From the sequence record MN709127.1: a stretch of 64,000 bases of DNA, one strand, 5' to 3'. Origin of the DNA: Escherichia phage Ec_Makalu_002. The position numbers and the translations under genes were made by a program. Below, one piece after another: positions 9,672 to 19,685 of the stretch. The notes beneath the pieces were generated by a model that saw only the letters and a list, made by a program, of their open reading frames with translations, was not told the DNA's origin and searched no databases. The first letter of the stretch is position 1. Each line of letters starts with the position of its first letter.

Positions 9672-9678
9672 CTAATTT

Positions 9679-10203
9679 TTAGTAGCCGCGTTCTTGACGG
9701 GCGAAATTTTCGGCATTTTTCAGGTAGTACAGAATAAAGAGTTCTTGAGCGTCAATACCCAGCGGGATCATCTTTGACAGAATGAAGTGGATCGCGTCCA
9801 CAAATTCAAATTTCACTTCAAGCTGATCTTCTGGTGACAGTTCAGAGAATTTACGCGCTCGCGCTTCCCCGTGGTTCTTTTTCCACATTTTCCAGATTGC
9901 GCTTGCATCTTTACCATTGGACATTCCACCCAGCGATGTGTATAGCTCTCGTGTTTCGTCTGCGATAGCGTCATCCATCCGTTGCATCCAATCCAGCATT
10001 TCACCGCAAGTCTCTAGCTTAGTTGGATTTGGGACCCAATCAAATTTTTCAGATAATGCAACTTGTAAACCAGTTTGCATTTCAAGCATCACCTGAAACG
10101 GATCTTTACCTTCTGCGATCGCATGATGATATGCGGCGATAGCCGCGTTAATATCTTTTTCGTTAACCAGACCAGCACAAGAATTAAATTCTGACATATT
10201 CAC
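9679..10203 (-). CDS. 56: dCTPase/dUTPase-dCTPase (gp56, MazG-like)
   Basis: KDPFQVMLEMQ, SPEDQLEVKFE and LYYLKNAENFARQ closely match T4 gp56. Confidence 0.8.
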   Translation of the reverse strand: MNMSEFNSCAGLVNEKDINAAIAAYHHAIAEGKDPFQVMLEMQTGLQVALSEKFDWVPNPTKLETCGEMLDWMQRMDDAIADETRELYTSLGGMSNGKDASAIWKMWKKNHGEARARKFSELSPEDQLEVKFEFVDAIHFILSKMIPLGIDAQELFILYYLKNAENFARQERGY

Positions 10204-10211
10204 CTCATTAA

Positions 10212-11240
10212 TTAAAATTTACAATATTTCATAAACCGCATTTTAGCCATCAGACCTTGTACGGTGTTCTCTTTGATATATTCCATGATCTGGTCGCGTG
10301 TAGCACCCTCATCCTGAATCATGGCGTTAACGTCTTTAGAATGCCACGGGCAACGATCCCACAATACAATCTTTTCCCCTGCATTGATAAACTTTTCCAG
10401 TCGGTGCATTGTATCGGCTGACCGTGGTTCCGCATCAAGTACAAACACTCGCTGGTCTGGGAAAGGGATTTCATCTAATCCCAAAGTACCGCCAGTGATA
10501 GCACATCCATTATCAATAAACAGGGAATCTATCGGACCCTCTAAGAAGTACACTGGTTTGCTCGGATCAGCACGTTCAAGACCGTAGACCTTACTCGCTA
10601 ACTCATGAGTTTTAATCGTCATATATTTGGTCTTTCCGTAATCCTTTCTCAATGCTCGCCCCTGAATGGATTCTATCTTGTTCTCACGGTTAAAGATAGG
10701 AATCACTAAACGCGGTTCAGGTTGCGGATTCTTGAAGGTATCCGCTTTAATGTGATTTGCTACCTTTTGCCATTCTCTCGTGAAATACAGAAGATCCCAT
10801 TTATCGTGGGGAATGCAACGATCACTGACATACTTTATTATAGGATGATTAGCCGGAAGAGTATCTAATCTCTCGCAGAAAGGCAATGTTTGCACTTTCT
10901 TAATCTCCGGCTTTTCTACCTTTTTCAGTGGCTTGAACGTGGTGTTCTTGTGGTCGCCTTGTTCCTTCCGTCGTTCCATAAGCCATTCCCTGAATAGGTC
11001 CGGCTTATATTGTTTAAGAAATTCACCTAACGGCTGATTGTAGTTACAGTTGAAACAACCACAACGCAAACTATCTTTGTAGGTATAGATACGGAATCGC
11101 GCTTGAGTATGATTTTTCTTTGAGTCACCGCAGATCGGACAACTACAGACCAGCGTAAATGAGCTAGTATGCAACCGTTTAAAATTTCGTTCGCCGTATA
11201 TGGCTTTTTCCGCTATTTCATAATCTGCGTAGTAAATCAT
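10212..11240 (-). CDS. 61: DNA primase gp61
   Basis: 342 aa; N-terminal zinc ribbon CxxC..CxxC, TOPRIM-like core; T4 order 61-56. Confidence 0.85.
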   Translation of the reverse strand: MIYYADYEIAEKAIYGERNFKRLHTSSFTLVCSCPICGDSKKNHTQARFRIYTYKDSLRCGCFNCNYNQPLGEFLKQYKPDLFREWLMERRKEQGDHKNTTFKPLKKVEKPEIKKVQTLPFCERLDTLPANHPIIKYVSDRCIPHDKWDLLYFTREWQKVANHIKADTFKNPQPEPRLVIPIFNRENKIESIQGRALRKDYGKTKYMTIKTHELASKVYGLERADPSKPVYFLEGPIDSLFIDNGCAITGGTLGLDEIPFPDQRVFVLDAEPRSADTMHRLEKFINAGEKIVLWDRCPWHSKDVNAMIQDEGATRDQIMEYIKENTVQGLMAKMRFMKYCKF

Positions 11241-11249
11241 AATAACCTC

Positions 11250-11453
11250 TTATAGCTCAAATTTCATGAAAGTTCCAACACTTTCATTTTCATTCTCTCC
11301 GTTTTCATCTAAGCCAAATTTGTAGACACTACCATCTGGCGATGTGTAAGAGAATACACGAAAACGGCCTACCTGGTCAAGTTCTGTAAATTCATATTCT
11401 TTTCCTGCTTCAAAAAGTGCATATGTGCTTTTAAGACATTTCATCGTAATCAT
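11250..11453 (-). CDS. hypothetical protein
   Basis: 67-aa ORF; ATGA overlap with upstream ORF. Confidence 0.45.
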   Translation of the reverse strand: MITMKCLKSTYALFEAGKEYEFTELDQVGRFRVFSYTSPDGSVYKFGLDENGENENESVGTFMKFEL

Positions 11454-11593
11454 TTAAGCGCCACCGATAACAGAATGAGAACTACACCAACATACATTGT
11501 GATCTCGGATAACTTTTCTGTTTTTGTTTTGTGTCCAGATAATCCGAAAACAACAACACCGATAATAGCGGACAGCAAGCCAACGATAAACAT
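11450..11593 (-). CDS. hypothetical small membrane protein (47 aa)
   Basis: MFIVGLLSAIIGVVVFG...; hydrophobic; overlapped start and stop. Confidence 0.3.
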   Translation of the reverse strand: MFIVGLLSAIIGVVVFGLSGHKTKTEKLSEITMYVGVVLILLSVALK

Positions 11594-11600
11594 GATGATA

Positions 11601-11777
11601 CTAAGCACCGTCTTTCTCCTTCTTGCGTTTTTCTTTACCCACTACGCTAGGTCCACGATTGGTAATAGATCCGCTCGTTTCCCCTGCTGCGATCTTCTCA
11701 GGATTGCCGCCAGCATCACCAGCGGTCATATCTTCTTTGAGTTTATTTTCTTCAACAAACTGTTTAAAGCCAATCAT
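11601..11777 (-). CDS. hypothetical small protein (58 aa)
   Basis: MIGFKQFVEEN...; start overlaps stop of upstream ORF. Confidence 0.3.
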   Translation of the reverse strand: MIGFKQFVEENKLKEDMTAGDAGGNPEKIAAGETSGSITNRGPSVVGKEKRKKEKDGA

Positions 11778-12151
11778 AGAATAATCTCTTTCAGTAAGTC
11801 AACGATCTGGTCTTTCGTCAGTTTATCCTGATTCTCTACAATCTTGATAACACAAGCGTTAACATCTTTGCGAGTCACACGGGAGATCGTTTTAATACGA
11901 TGAAACGGTTCGTAGAAATATACTGCTTCATTATAGAGCGCAGCAATTTTTCGACGCATTTGATCTTTATCTGACAAGAAAACAAGTGTTGTTTTATGAC
12001 CTTCTACACCCGCCACGTTATATAGTTCAGCAACACCCCAACGACCTTCCGGTTCAATCATTCCGGCGTGTTTACCGTCGATAAAAATAAGAATATCTCC
12101 GTTGAATGCGGTTTTGAATGCTACATCTTCCGGCGTAATCATATTTTTCAT
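11774..12151 (-). CDS. hypothetical protein
   Basis: 125-aa ORF; SD AAGGAGA; between 61 and 41. Confidence 0.5.
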   Translation of the reverse strand: MKNMITPEDVAFKTAFNGDILIFIDGKHAGMIEPEGRWGVAELYNVAGVEGHKTTLVFLSDKDQMRRKIAALYNEAVYFYEPFHRIKTISRVTRKDVNACVIKIVENQDKLTKDQIVDLLKEIIL

Positions 12152-12181
12152 AATATAGTCTCCTTAGATTTTCATTATAGA

Positions 12182-12817
12182 TCAATCGAATGTAGAAAGC
12201 AATTGTTTTGTTTCTTTCAGTTGTCGTTCAAGATCTTTGCGTTTCTCTTTAAGTTGCATTTTAGCATTATTTCGCTCTCTTGTAACCTCTTTATCAATGC
12301 TCTTATTCCAGTTATCAATATCAGAATAAGTTGGCATACCCAATTCTAGACCTAATGCGGTTGGATACAGGGTAACGGTCCATAAACCTCTAATCTTCTT
12401 AAATAGGTCTGGGTGTAGTGTACTATCTACATCTTCCGGTGTCAACTCTTTTTCTTCTTTCAGTGGTGGGTTCTCGTCATATGGTTCTAGGGCATCTACT
12501 TTATTAGCGGATAGCTCATCAAAGAATCCTCGTACATCCGCAGGAAATACACAAGCAATTTCCCAACCGTGATCGCGCAGAGAAGTAATATTTTTCACTT
12601 CCCCGCCATGTGTGATAATTGACGTGACATTACCATCAAGATCCACCGAATTTACGAGAAATGGCTTATCGTCTGTCAGATCATTATAAAACTGTGCTTC
12701 GGCGGTAGTCATTTCCAGAAACAGATCCCGAATAGGGCGACCATCTGGTGCATTTCCTTCCTTGAGAGTATAAATTCGACTTACGATCCATTTTGGCGGT
12801 AAAGCATTAGCGATCAT
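12182..12817 (-). CDS. hypothetical protein
   Basis: 211-aa ORF; SD AGGAGAT. Confidence 0.5.
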   Translation of the reverse strand: MIANALPPKWIVSRIYTLKEGNAPDGRPIRDLFLEMTTAEAQFYNDLTDDKPFLVNSVDLDGNVTSIITHGGEVKNITSLRDHGWEIACVFPADVRGFFDELSANKVDALEPYDENPPLKEEKELTPEDVDSTLHPDLFKKIRGLWTVTLYPTALGLELGMPTYSDIDNWNKSIDKEVTRERNNAKMQLKEKRKDLERQLKETKQLLSTFD

Positions 12818-12867
12818 GTTATATCTCCTATCAAATCATTCACCAGCGCCCCGCAGGGCGCATTTTA

Positions 12868-14280
12868 TTAGAAAGTCATGTTATTTGCTAGCTCGTCGAG
12901 TTTTTCGCGTTTCTCGGCTTGCTGTGCGCTTTGTGGTTTAACTTGTGCATTCTCCTGATCTGCAATCTGGTTTGGGACTTCATACCAACGCTGATTGCCT
13001 TTTTTCACACCAACGTTAAACCGTGAATAATAGTTCTTATCACCGTAACGAGATTTAATCTGCTTGAGTAATTGAACACCCATTTTTGCAAGATCTTCGG
13101 TCTCAATTACACCCAACATAAAATCGGCTGTAGCCGGAAGACCTGCTGATTCAGCGGTATCACTCATGTTAAGATCCGATGCGTCCCAACCAGCACGGGT
13201 AGTTTGTGCCGCAGTCCAACCAACAACATCCCACTTAACAAAAAATCCGCGAAGTTCTTCCGCAATCGCTTTAACGAGAGTGTAGCTATTCTCAGAGTAT
13301 ACACGCAATCGAGACGATGCGCAAATCCCCAGATAATCAACAATTACAACATCAGGTTTAAACTGTTTCTTGAGTCGCAATTCATTCATTAACGCCTCAA
13401 AGTGATTGGAGTTCGCGCCACCAGTCGGATATTGCTTGATCATCAGCTTGCCGATTGGACGTTCCCCAGCTTTCTTATTCTTGACACGTTTCATGCGTGC
13501 GGAATATTCAGCAAAGGAAACATTACCATCATCCAATTCATCTAAGGTAATGTCAAGCAAATTTGCGTCAATACGTTTGGCTACGACATGCTCTGCCATC
13601 TCCATTGAGATATACAGAACATTATAACCACATTCCATATAATCCGCAGCAAGAGAACACAATCCCAACGATTTACCAACGTTTACACCAGCAAGTAAAA
13701 CATTCAATGTCTTTTTCTCTGCCCCGCCTTTCGTGATTTTATTCAGAATAGACAGCTTAAACGGGATCTTATTCGCTTTAGTCTGATATAACAAGAATCG
13801 TTTTTCAAAGTCATTAAACCAGTCATGACCTACATCAGAATCAAACGTAATGGATAGTGCTTCCTGCATGATCTCAGGAATAGCGCCTTCACTTGGCAAG
13901 TTCTTATTCTGTTTCTCTTTTGGTAGTTGTGCGTTCGCCTGAATCTCAAGCGCCCGTGACATTGCATTATACATAGCGCGGTCACGAATAAATTTTTCGG
14001 TTTCCTTCATTAACCAATCAAGGTCTTCCGGTGTATTCTCCAGCGAATCGAGAAGGGTTTTAGCCCCTTCATATGTTGTCTGATTGCCTCTCTCCTTGTC
14101 TAAAGCAATTTGTAATGCAGTTGGTGTAGGAATATTAGAATATTCGTCTACGTGCTTTTTAATCAGCTTATAAATCAGCTTTTCTTCGTCTTCGGTGAAG
14201 TAGTCCGCTTTAAGGTGAGGCCATACATTCGTAAAGAATGCGCCATTGTAAATCAACTGTGAAAAGATAGTTTTAATCAT
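12868..14280 (-). CDS. 41: replicative DNA helicase gp41 (DnaB-like)
   Basis: 470 aa; Walker A GVNVGKS and DnaB-like motifs. Confidence 0.9.
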   Translation of the reverse strand: MIKTIFSQLIYNGAFFTNVWPHLKADYFTEDEEKLIYKLIKKHVDEYSNIPTPTALQIALDKERGNQTTYEGAKTLLDSLENTPEDLDWLMKETEKFIRDRAMYNAMSRALEIQANAQLPKEKQNKNLPSEGAIPEIMQEALSITFDSDVGHDWFNDFEKRFLLYQTKANKIPFKLSILNKITKGGAEKKTLNVLLAGVNVGKSLGLCSLAADYMECGYNVLYISMEMAEHVVAKRIDANLLDITLDELDDGNVSFAEYSARMKRVKNKKAGERPIGKLMIKQYPTGGANSNHFEALMNELRLKKQFKPDVVIVDYLGICASSRLRVYSENSYTLVKAIAEELRGFFVKWDVVGWTAAQTTRAGWDASDLNMSDTAESAGLPATADFMLGVIETEDLAKMGVQLLKQIKSRYGDKNYYSRFNVGVKKGNQRWYEVPNQIADQENAQVKPQSAQQAEKREKLDELANNMTF

Positions 14281-14594
14281 ACATAGCCCCCGACTACACG
14301 CATAACAAAGGTCTTGAGTTTATACCAGAAAGTTTCCTTTTTCAACTTTTCTTCTGCTTCTTTGATCTGCGCGGTTAACGCCTTAATGACGTGAGGATAT
14401 ACCACATCACGATCTGACGGCGTGGAGTAGTCGACCACAATACCTTTAGTGTCTGGATCGTATTCAACATTATGAATATAGACAATATGATGCTCTCCCT
14501 CTTCATCAACAATTATCAGTTCCTGAATAACTGTCTTCATTGCTTCTTGAATCAAGCCGTGTGCTTCTTCTAAACTTGTTGGTTTCTTATCCAT
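14277..14594 (-). CDS. hypothetical protein (gene 40 position)
   Basis: 105 aa; ATGA overlap with gp41; SD GAGAGGA. Confidence 0.45.
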   Translation of the reverse strand: MDKKPTSLEEAHGLIQEAMKTVIQELIIVDEEGEHHIVYIHNVEYDPDTKGIVVDYSTPSDRDVVYPHVIKALTAQIKEAEEKLKKETFWYKLKTFVMRVVGGYV

Positions 14595-14611
14595 AATATA
14601 ATCCTCTCTAG

Positions 14612-14640
14612 ATATGAAAAAGGGGCAAGTAGCCCCTTTA
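14612..14640 (-). terminator. rho-independent terminator after uvsX
   Basis: minus strand AAAGGGGCTACTTGCCCCTTTTTC. Confidence 0.6.
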
Positions 14641-14649
14641 CTACCATTG

Positions 14650-15720
14650 TTATGCTAACATATCTTCGATTTCTTTGTCAACTGCTTCATCGCTGATCAC
14701 TTGTCCCAGCTTATAATGATCGTTGATTGCTTCGTTAAACTTATCGTTTGTCAGAAGTGGTTTCCAGAACTCAATACTATTTGTTTCTTTAGCACGGAAC
14801 TTGCGTTCTTCGGTTTCCATCTCTCCGGTCTCCGTATTCAGGATGGAACGAGAATACCAGCCGTTTGACGGTTTCACTACCCAACCTAACTCTACAGCCA
14901 ATTCCAGTAAGCCAGAATAAGGATCGATACCACCGCTAAAGGTTACGCTAATCGGGAACTTAGATTTTTCTTTAACGGTTCGTGATTTTTCCGCATTCAG
15001 GATAAAATCATAACCAGTAATTTCGGTTCCTTCTTTCTGCTGACGACGACCGATAATGAAAACTTCATTGGCTGAATACATCGCGCCCGTACCGCCTGAC
15101 ATAACGGTCTTACTAAACATTTCTTGCGTTTCGTAAGTGTGGTTAATGGCGATGCACGGGATATCATTCATAGTCAGATACGGAGTAACCATACGGAACA
15201 AGCCTTTAAGTGCTTTAGCTCGCGTCATATCTTGTGCGGATTTCTCATTAATCGCGTCTTCAACTTCTTTTTTGCTTGCTAAGTTACCGATTGAGTCGAT
15301 AAAGATAATCACTTTATCTTCGCGGGTAATTTGCTCAAGCTGGTTCATGATTTCAAATTTAAGTTCTTCGATGTTCTTGATCGGAACATGCACCACGCGA
15401 TCAGGGTCTACACCCATAGATTCAAGATATGCGGAAGTAATACCAAACTCAGAATCAAAGAACAAGCAAGCCGCATCAGGATTCTGTTTCATGTATGCAC
15501 TAACACAAGTTAATCCCATGTTTGATTTAAAGTGCTTAGACGGACCAGCAAAGAAAATCAGACCAGATTGAAAGCCTTTTTTAAGATCACCAGAAAACGC
15601 AATATTCAGCATCGGGATCTTAGTGCGAGTATTTGTTTTTTCGTTAAAGAAGCTGGATTTAGACAGTACCGCAGTAGTTTTCAGGGTAGAGTTCTTTTTC
15701 AGTTTTTCCAGTACAGACAT
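14650..15720 (-). CDS. uvsX: UvsX recombinase (RecA-like)
   Basis: 356 aa; RecA-fold motifs; T4 order 41-40-uvsX. Confidence 0.9.
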   Translation of the reverse strand: MSVLEKLKKNSTLKTTAVLSKSSFFNEKTNTRTKIPMLNIAFSGDLKKGFQSGLIFFAGPSKHFKSNMGLTCVSAYMKQNPDAACLFFDSEFGITSAYLESMGVDPDRVVHVPIKNIEELKFEIMNQLEQITREDKVIIFIDSIGNLASKKEVEDAINEKSAQDMTRAKALKGLFRMVTPYLTMNDIPCIAINHTYETQEMFSKTVMSGGTGAMYSANEVFIIGRRQQKEGTEITGYDFILNAEKSRTVKEKSKFPISVTFSGGIDPYSGLLELAVELGWVVKPSNGWYSRSILNTETGEMETEERKFRAKETNSIEFWKPLLTNDKFNEAINDHYKLGQVISDEAVDKEIEDMLA

Positions 15721-15731
15721 TATTAATACCT

Positions 15732-15920
15732 CTATTCAGTTAATCCGTAATACTTTAATTGCTTCATTGTTATTCGATCTTTGTAGTGCTCTTGAATTAA
15801 CTTTTTCATCGCATCAACATCGATCGTCACAAATACTTCGTTGCTGTGATTTCCGTGAACTTTCTTGAAATGCTCTATGCCTTCCTCTCGTTCACGTCTA
15901 ATCTTCTCGATATCTCTCAT
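15732..15920 (-). CDS. hypothetical protein
   Basis: ORF track 15732..15959; promoter hairpin lies in the extension so internal ATG 15920 (MRDIEK...) preferred. Confidence 0.4.
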   Translation of the reverse strand: MRDIEKIRREREEGIEHFKKVHGNHSNEVFVTIDVDAMKKLIQEHYKDRITMKQLKYYGLTE

Positions 15921-15964
15921 AGTATATTTCTCACATTGGCGGGTATCGTCACCCAACACCCGCC

Positions 15965-15992
15965 ATTATACACACTTTATTTTAAATGTCAA
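15965..15992 (-). promoter_or_regulatory. sigma70-like promoter (TTGACA-N16-TATAAT) then hairpin GGCGGGT..ACCCGCC
   Basis: -35 overlaps last codons of gene 43. Confidence 0.5.
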
Positions 15993-18660
15993 ACAGGTCA
16001 GTCAGAGAAGCAACTTTTTCATATTGCAGCTTTGCAGCCGTGGTAATGTTCTCCAGTGGTTTGACGAAAGTCTTATTAAACAACAAAGGCCAGTCTAACC
16101 ACTTTAACACTTCTGATTCAATTTCTGGCGGAATACGAGTACCAGACAACCAACCAAAGCAGATTTCTCCAAACGGATTTCGATCTTTGAGCGGTACGAT
16201 CATAACTTTCTCGCCCTCACGAATCGGATCTAGTCCGAATTTTCGAGCATTACGATTATAACACAATACACTCTTAACCGCATACGGACAACCCTTAATC
16301 GGATACCCGTTTGAATCGCTGTATTTCTGTAGGTTGTTTGCAGATGATACCGCAGCAACCTCAAGATAGTCAAGTTTTCTAAATTCTTGCTCAAAAATAC
16401 CGTAGTATTCCTGCAATGACTCTTCACCTTCCTGCAACATACGACGAATACATTCTTTCAGTGATTTCTGACATGCTTTAGGAGTAGAACTACGCTGTGT
16501 TTCCAAGCCCATGATTTTTAGCTTAGGTTCAGCAAAGCGCGTTCCTTCCATATCCCAAACATTAAGAGCATAACGCTTTTTACCCGTCCAGAATCCACCG
16601 ATACCCGCAGATTTCAATGGAGGACCAGCAATTGCCTCACGGTCCATAAACATCAAGTGCTCATAGTTGTTCATGTACTCGCATAACTCGCGATATCCCT
16701 TGTCGATAATCGGTTCCATTCGATGTTTACCGAAATTATCAAGGAAGTCAACAAGTTTTTCGGTATCGTCGAAACGGTCTTCCCCGCCAACCTTATCAAC
16801 AACATTGTTAACCAGCACATAAACGGAGTCAGTATCACAATAACGAACATACGCAAAATCAGTTGTTCCGCAAAGCTCGTTTAAGTATTCGTTAATCTTA
16901 CGCTCAATCCACTGAATTGCAAGCTGACCAAACAGTGTGATCGCACTAGCGTTACGGAGATCATAAAAGCGGAATTTAGGATTCCCCAACGCACCATAAA
17001 GGGAGTTGATCAAAACTTTACGAGAAAGCTGGTTTGTATTGCACAAGATCGACTCGTCTTTACACTCTTCCAGCAATTTCTCTAGGGTATCTTTGCTTAA
17101 TTCCGAAAGCATAGATTTAAACGCTTCATCGAAGTCGTGACGCACTTCAACGCTATAGCTAATGGTTCCCCCATAAACATGATTTTCATCGTGTAGAATC
17201 GCTTTACAGAGTTCAGCATTGCGATCACATGCCAACATCATGTTTTTGTACTGCTTACGCTGATCGAATACCTTTTTAATCTCAATCGGTACGATACCAT
17301 GAATATCTTTTCTATACATCCATCCGTTAGGCGAGCAAGAATACTCATCACTCGGACGTGGTGCAGTTTTATTGATATACTCGTGCATCGGTGCAGCATC
17401 AAAAGACCCAGCGATCGTTTCCGGCGAAATATTAACCTGTCGAATAATAGATGGATACAGACTTGTTAAGTCAAAGCTCATCATCCAACGGTAAGCATTC
17501 GGCACAGGTTCTTTTACAAATGCGCCTGGATAAGTCTGCTTAGGCTGTATCTTATTTTCCGGTACTACTTTACCCTCTGCTTTCAGAGATCCGAAGATAA
17601 TAGCATCCCATACTTTCATCGGATTATAAACATGGTTAAATTTAATCTTTGCATAGAAACATAGGCTATACACCAGATCAATAAAACCACGTTTTTTATC
17701 AATCGCCAACACACGGTCAACGTCGCCGATGTTATAATCGATGTAAAGTTGATGGTTGTCATCACGCAATTTCTTTAACGGACCATCATAATCAACCTTA
17801 CCGATTCCTGTCTCATATTCAGCAACATAATCTAATGCATATGTTGGTTGAGTCGTAAAGCTAAATTTCTTGTACAGGTCAATATAATCAAGGCTTTCGA
17901 TCCCCATGATCGTAAATGCTTCACGTTCGTTGCCAAAATCATCCTGTGAGATTCGGGATTTAATCTTACCGCACGGGCTTAAACGGTTTGCCGTTCGACT
18001 TCCAAACTTATTACTGATACGCTTAATGATATACGGGATATCGAATGTTTCTGTGTTCCAGCCAGTGAAGCCAACGGGTCGGTTTTCCTCAAAGAATCGG
18101 ATGTATTCTAATAGCAATTCATCTTCTGTATCATAGACATTATAAACAACGCGCTCTACAATATCAGGTCGAAGAATAGATTTGCTTGCTTCCCAGATTT
18201 CACCGTTTTTTCCTTTCAAATCAAATACAAAGAAACGATCATGTACGGAGTCATAATGCGTAATTGCATCGATAGGATATTTCGCCTCTTCTGGTTTAGG
18301 AAATTCAGGTGCAGTGACCTCAATATCAACCCATGCTACACGGATTTTATTTCGGTCATATCGAATCTCGCCTTTATATGTATCCGACAGATAGGAGATG
18401 ATAAAATCATCCATCCCTAGTGCCTCTTGCCCCATTTCCCCCATTTTTTTACGCCATTTGTTGGCATCGTTCATAGATGGGAATTTTTTAGCAATGCAAG
18501 GCTTGCCGTAGATATCTTTATAATTAGTAACCATACCGGGTGCGGCATGATGAAATAATGTTGGCGTATATTCAACGTAACGCTCTTGTTCTTGTCCAGC
18601 ATCATCAATATAACGCTCGTAGATCTTATCACCTACTCGCTCACATGACAGAAAATACAT
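15982..18660 (-). CDS. 43: DNA polymerase gp43 (family B)
   Basis: ORF track 15982..18690 (GTG start); ATG 18660 (MYFLSCERVGDKIYERYID) aligns with T4 gp43 N-terminus; YCDTDS motif; SD GAAGGAG. Confidence 0.9.
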   Translation of the reverse strand: MYFLSCERVGDKIYERYIDDAGQEQERYVEYTPTLFHHAAPGMVTNYKDIYGKPCIAKKFPSMNDANKWRKKMGEMGQEALGMDDFIISYLSDTYKGEIRYDRNKIRVAWVDIEVTAPEFPKPEEAKYPIDAITHYDSVHDRFFVFDLKGKNGEIWEASKSILRPDIVERVVYNVYDTEDELLLEYIRFFEENRPVGFTGWNTETFDIPYIIKRISNKFGSRTANRLSPCGKIKSRISQDDFGNEREAFTIMGIESLDYIDLYKKFSFTTQPTYALDYVAEYETGIGKVDYDGPLKKLRDDNHQLYIDYNIGDVDRVLAIDKKRGFIDLVYSLCFYAKIKFNHVYNPMKVWDAIIFGSLKAEGKVVPENKIQPKQTYPGAFVKEPVPNAYRWMMSFDLTSLYPSIIRQVNISPETIAGSFDAAPMHEYINKTAPRPSDEYSCSPNGWMYRKDIHGIVPIEIKKVFDQRKQYKNMMLACDRNAELCKAILHDENHVYGGTISYSVEVRHDFDEAFKSMLSELSKDTLEKLLEECKDESILCNTNQLSRKVLINSLYGALGNPKFRFYDLRNASAITLFGQLAIQWIERKINEYLNELCGTTDFAYVRYCDTDSVYVLVNNVVDKVGGEDRFDDTEKLVDFLDNFGKHRMEPIIDKGYRELCEYMNNYEHLMFMDREAIAGPPLKSAGIGGFWTGKKRYALNVWDMEGTRFAEPKLKIMGLETQRSSTPKACQKSLKECIRRMLQEGEESLQEYYGIFEQEFRKLDYLEVAAVSSANNLQKYSDSNGYPIKGCPYAVKSVLCYNRNARKFGLDPIREGEKVMIVPLKDRNPFGEICFGWLSGTRIPPEIESEVLKWLDWPLLFNKTFVKPLENITTAAKLQYEKVASLTDLFDI

Positions 18661-18692
18661 AATATAAACTCCTTCACTTACGAAAGACACTC

Positions 18693-18721
18693 ATTATAGG
18701 GGAGTCGAACTAGTTTGTCAA
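18693..18721 (-). promoter_or_regulatory. consensus sigma70 promoter (TTGACA-N17-TATAAT) inside inverted repeat ATAGGGG..CCCCTAT, upstream of gene 43
   Basis: minus strand ATAGGGGTGTTGACAAACTAGTTCGACTCCCCTATAATGAG. Confidence 0.55.
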
Positions 18722-18742
18722 CACCCCTATCCCATCAGTATC

Positions 18743-19105
18743 TTAGCGTCCGATCTGATACTTTTCGATCAGAGTCCACTCTTCTTTCTGTTTAAAAGAC
18801 AGTACGCGGAAATTATTAACTTCGGTAGTTTCAAAATCACTATCAATCAGGGTGCATAGATTCCACTGCGCAAGAAGTTTTGCAATGTTATTACGGCGTA
18901 ATTCATCTTCCCACGTCATTTTAACACTACGACCATCTAATTTCAACAACTCCTTGAAATGAACGATGTAATAACGCCCCTTCTTCTGGAGAATATGACA
19001 AGACTGATACAGCGTCTTGTCTCGATTGTTGGCAATGCCGCAGCGGGTTAAAGTCTCCTTAATTTTAAGGAAGTTTTCAGGATTAATCAAATTAATTTCA
19101 ATCAT
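18743..19105 (-). CDS. regA: translational repressor RegA
   Basis: MIEINL..ENFLKIKETLTRCGIANN.DKTLYQSCHILQKKG.YYIVHFKE nearly identical to T4 RegA. Confidence 0.85.
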   Translation of the reverse strand: MIEINLINPENFLKIKETLTRCGIANNRDKTLYQSCHILQKKGRYYIVHFKELLKLDGRSVKMTWEDELRRNNIAKLLAQWNLCTLIDSDFETTEVNNFRVLSFKQKEEWTLIEKYQIGR

Positions 19106-19106
19106 T

Positions 19107-19685
19107 TTACCACCTTTCTATAATCTTTTTAAGTCGTTTCCTTTCTGTCTGATTCTTAGTAACACCCGCCAAAAGTTCATCGGTCGCATACGGTTTAATG
19201 TGCTTCAATAACTTGTCCATATATCCCTTTTCATTAGCCAAATCGAGATAAAACCGGGCGTCATCCATATTTACACAATATGCTTTCGCCACTGCCATTA
19301 AAACCAATTTTTGGTCCAATTCTTCTGTTAGTTTAGCCCATTTACCGTATCGTTTCCCCTTAGAAATACTCTGTAAGAGATAATCAAAGTGCATTTGATC
19401 TGGGAGGCCATGACCGATTAAATTCATCACATACGCGCTATATAGACAATCTGCGTGCTGGGAAAGAGCGGTGTTAATCCATCTCTGGTTATATGCAGAA
19501 TTGTTTCCCACATTAACGCGCTGTTTATCTAAGGTGATATGATCCATCAGAGCAAATAATGCATTGTCGGTTTTCTCGGTGAATGTGTCCGCTAGTTCAG
19601 ACACCTTTTCCCAATCACGAGAGCGCCATGCAATTTCATGCTCGTTTAATTGTGTATCATCTTCACCGAAAAATTGACCTAACAT
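19107..19685 (-). CDS. 62: clamp loader small subunit gp62
   Basis: 192 aa; between regA and gp44 as in T4. Confidence 0.7.
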   Translation of the reverse strand: MLGQFFGEDDTQLNEHEIAWRSRDWEKVSELADTFTEKTDNALFALMDHITLDKQRVNVGNNSAYNQRWINTALSQHADCLYSAYVMNLIGHGLPDQMHFDYLLQSISKGKRYGKWAKLTEELDQKLVLMAVAKAYCVNMDDARFYLDLANEKGYMDKLLKHIKPYATDELLAGVTKNQTERKRLKKIIERW

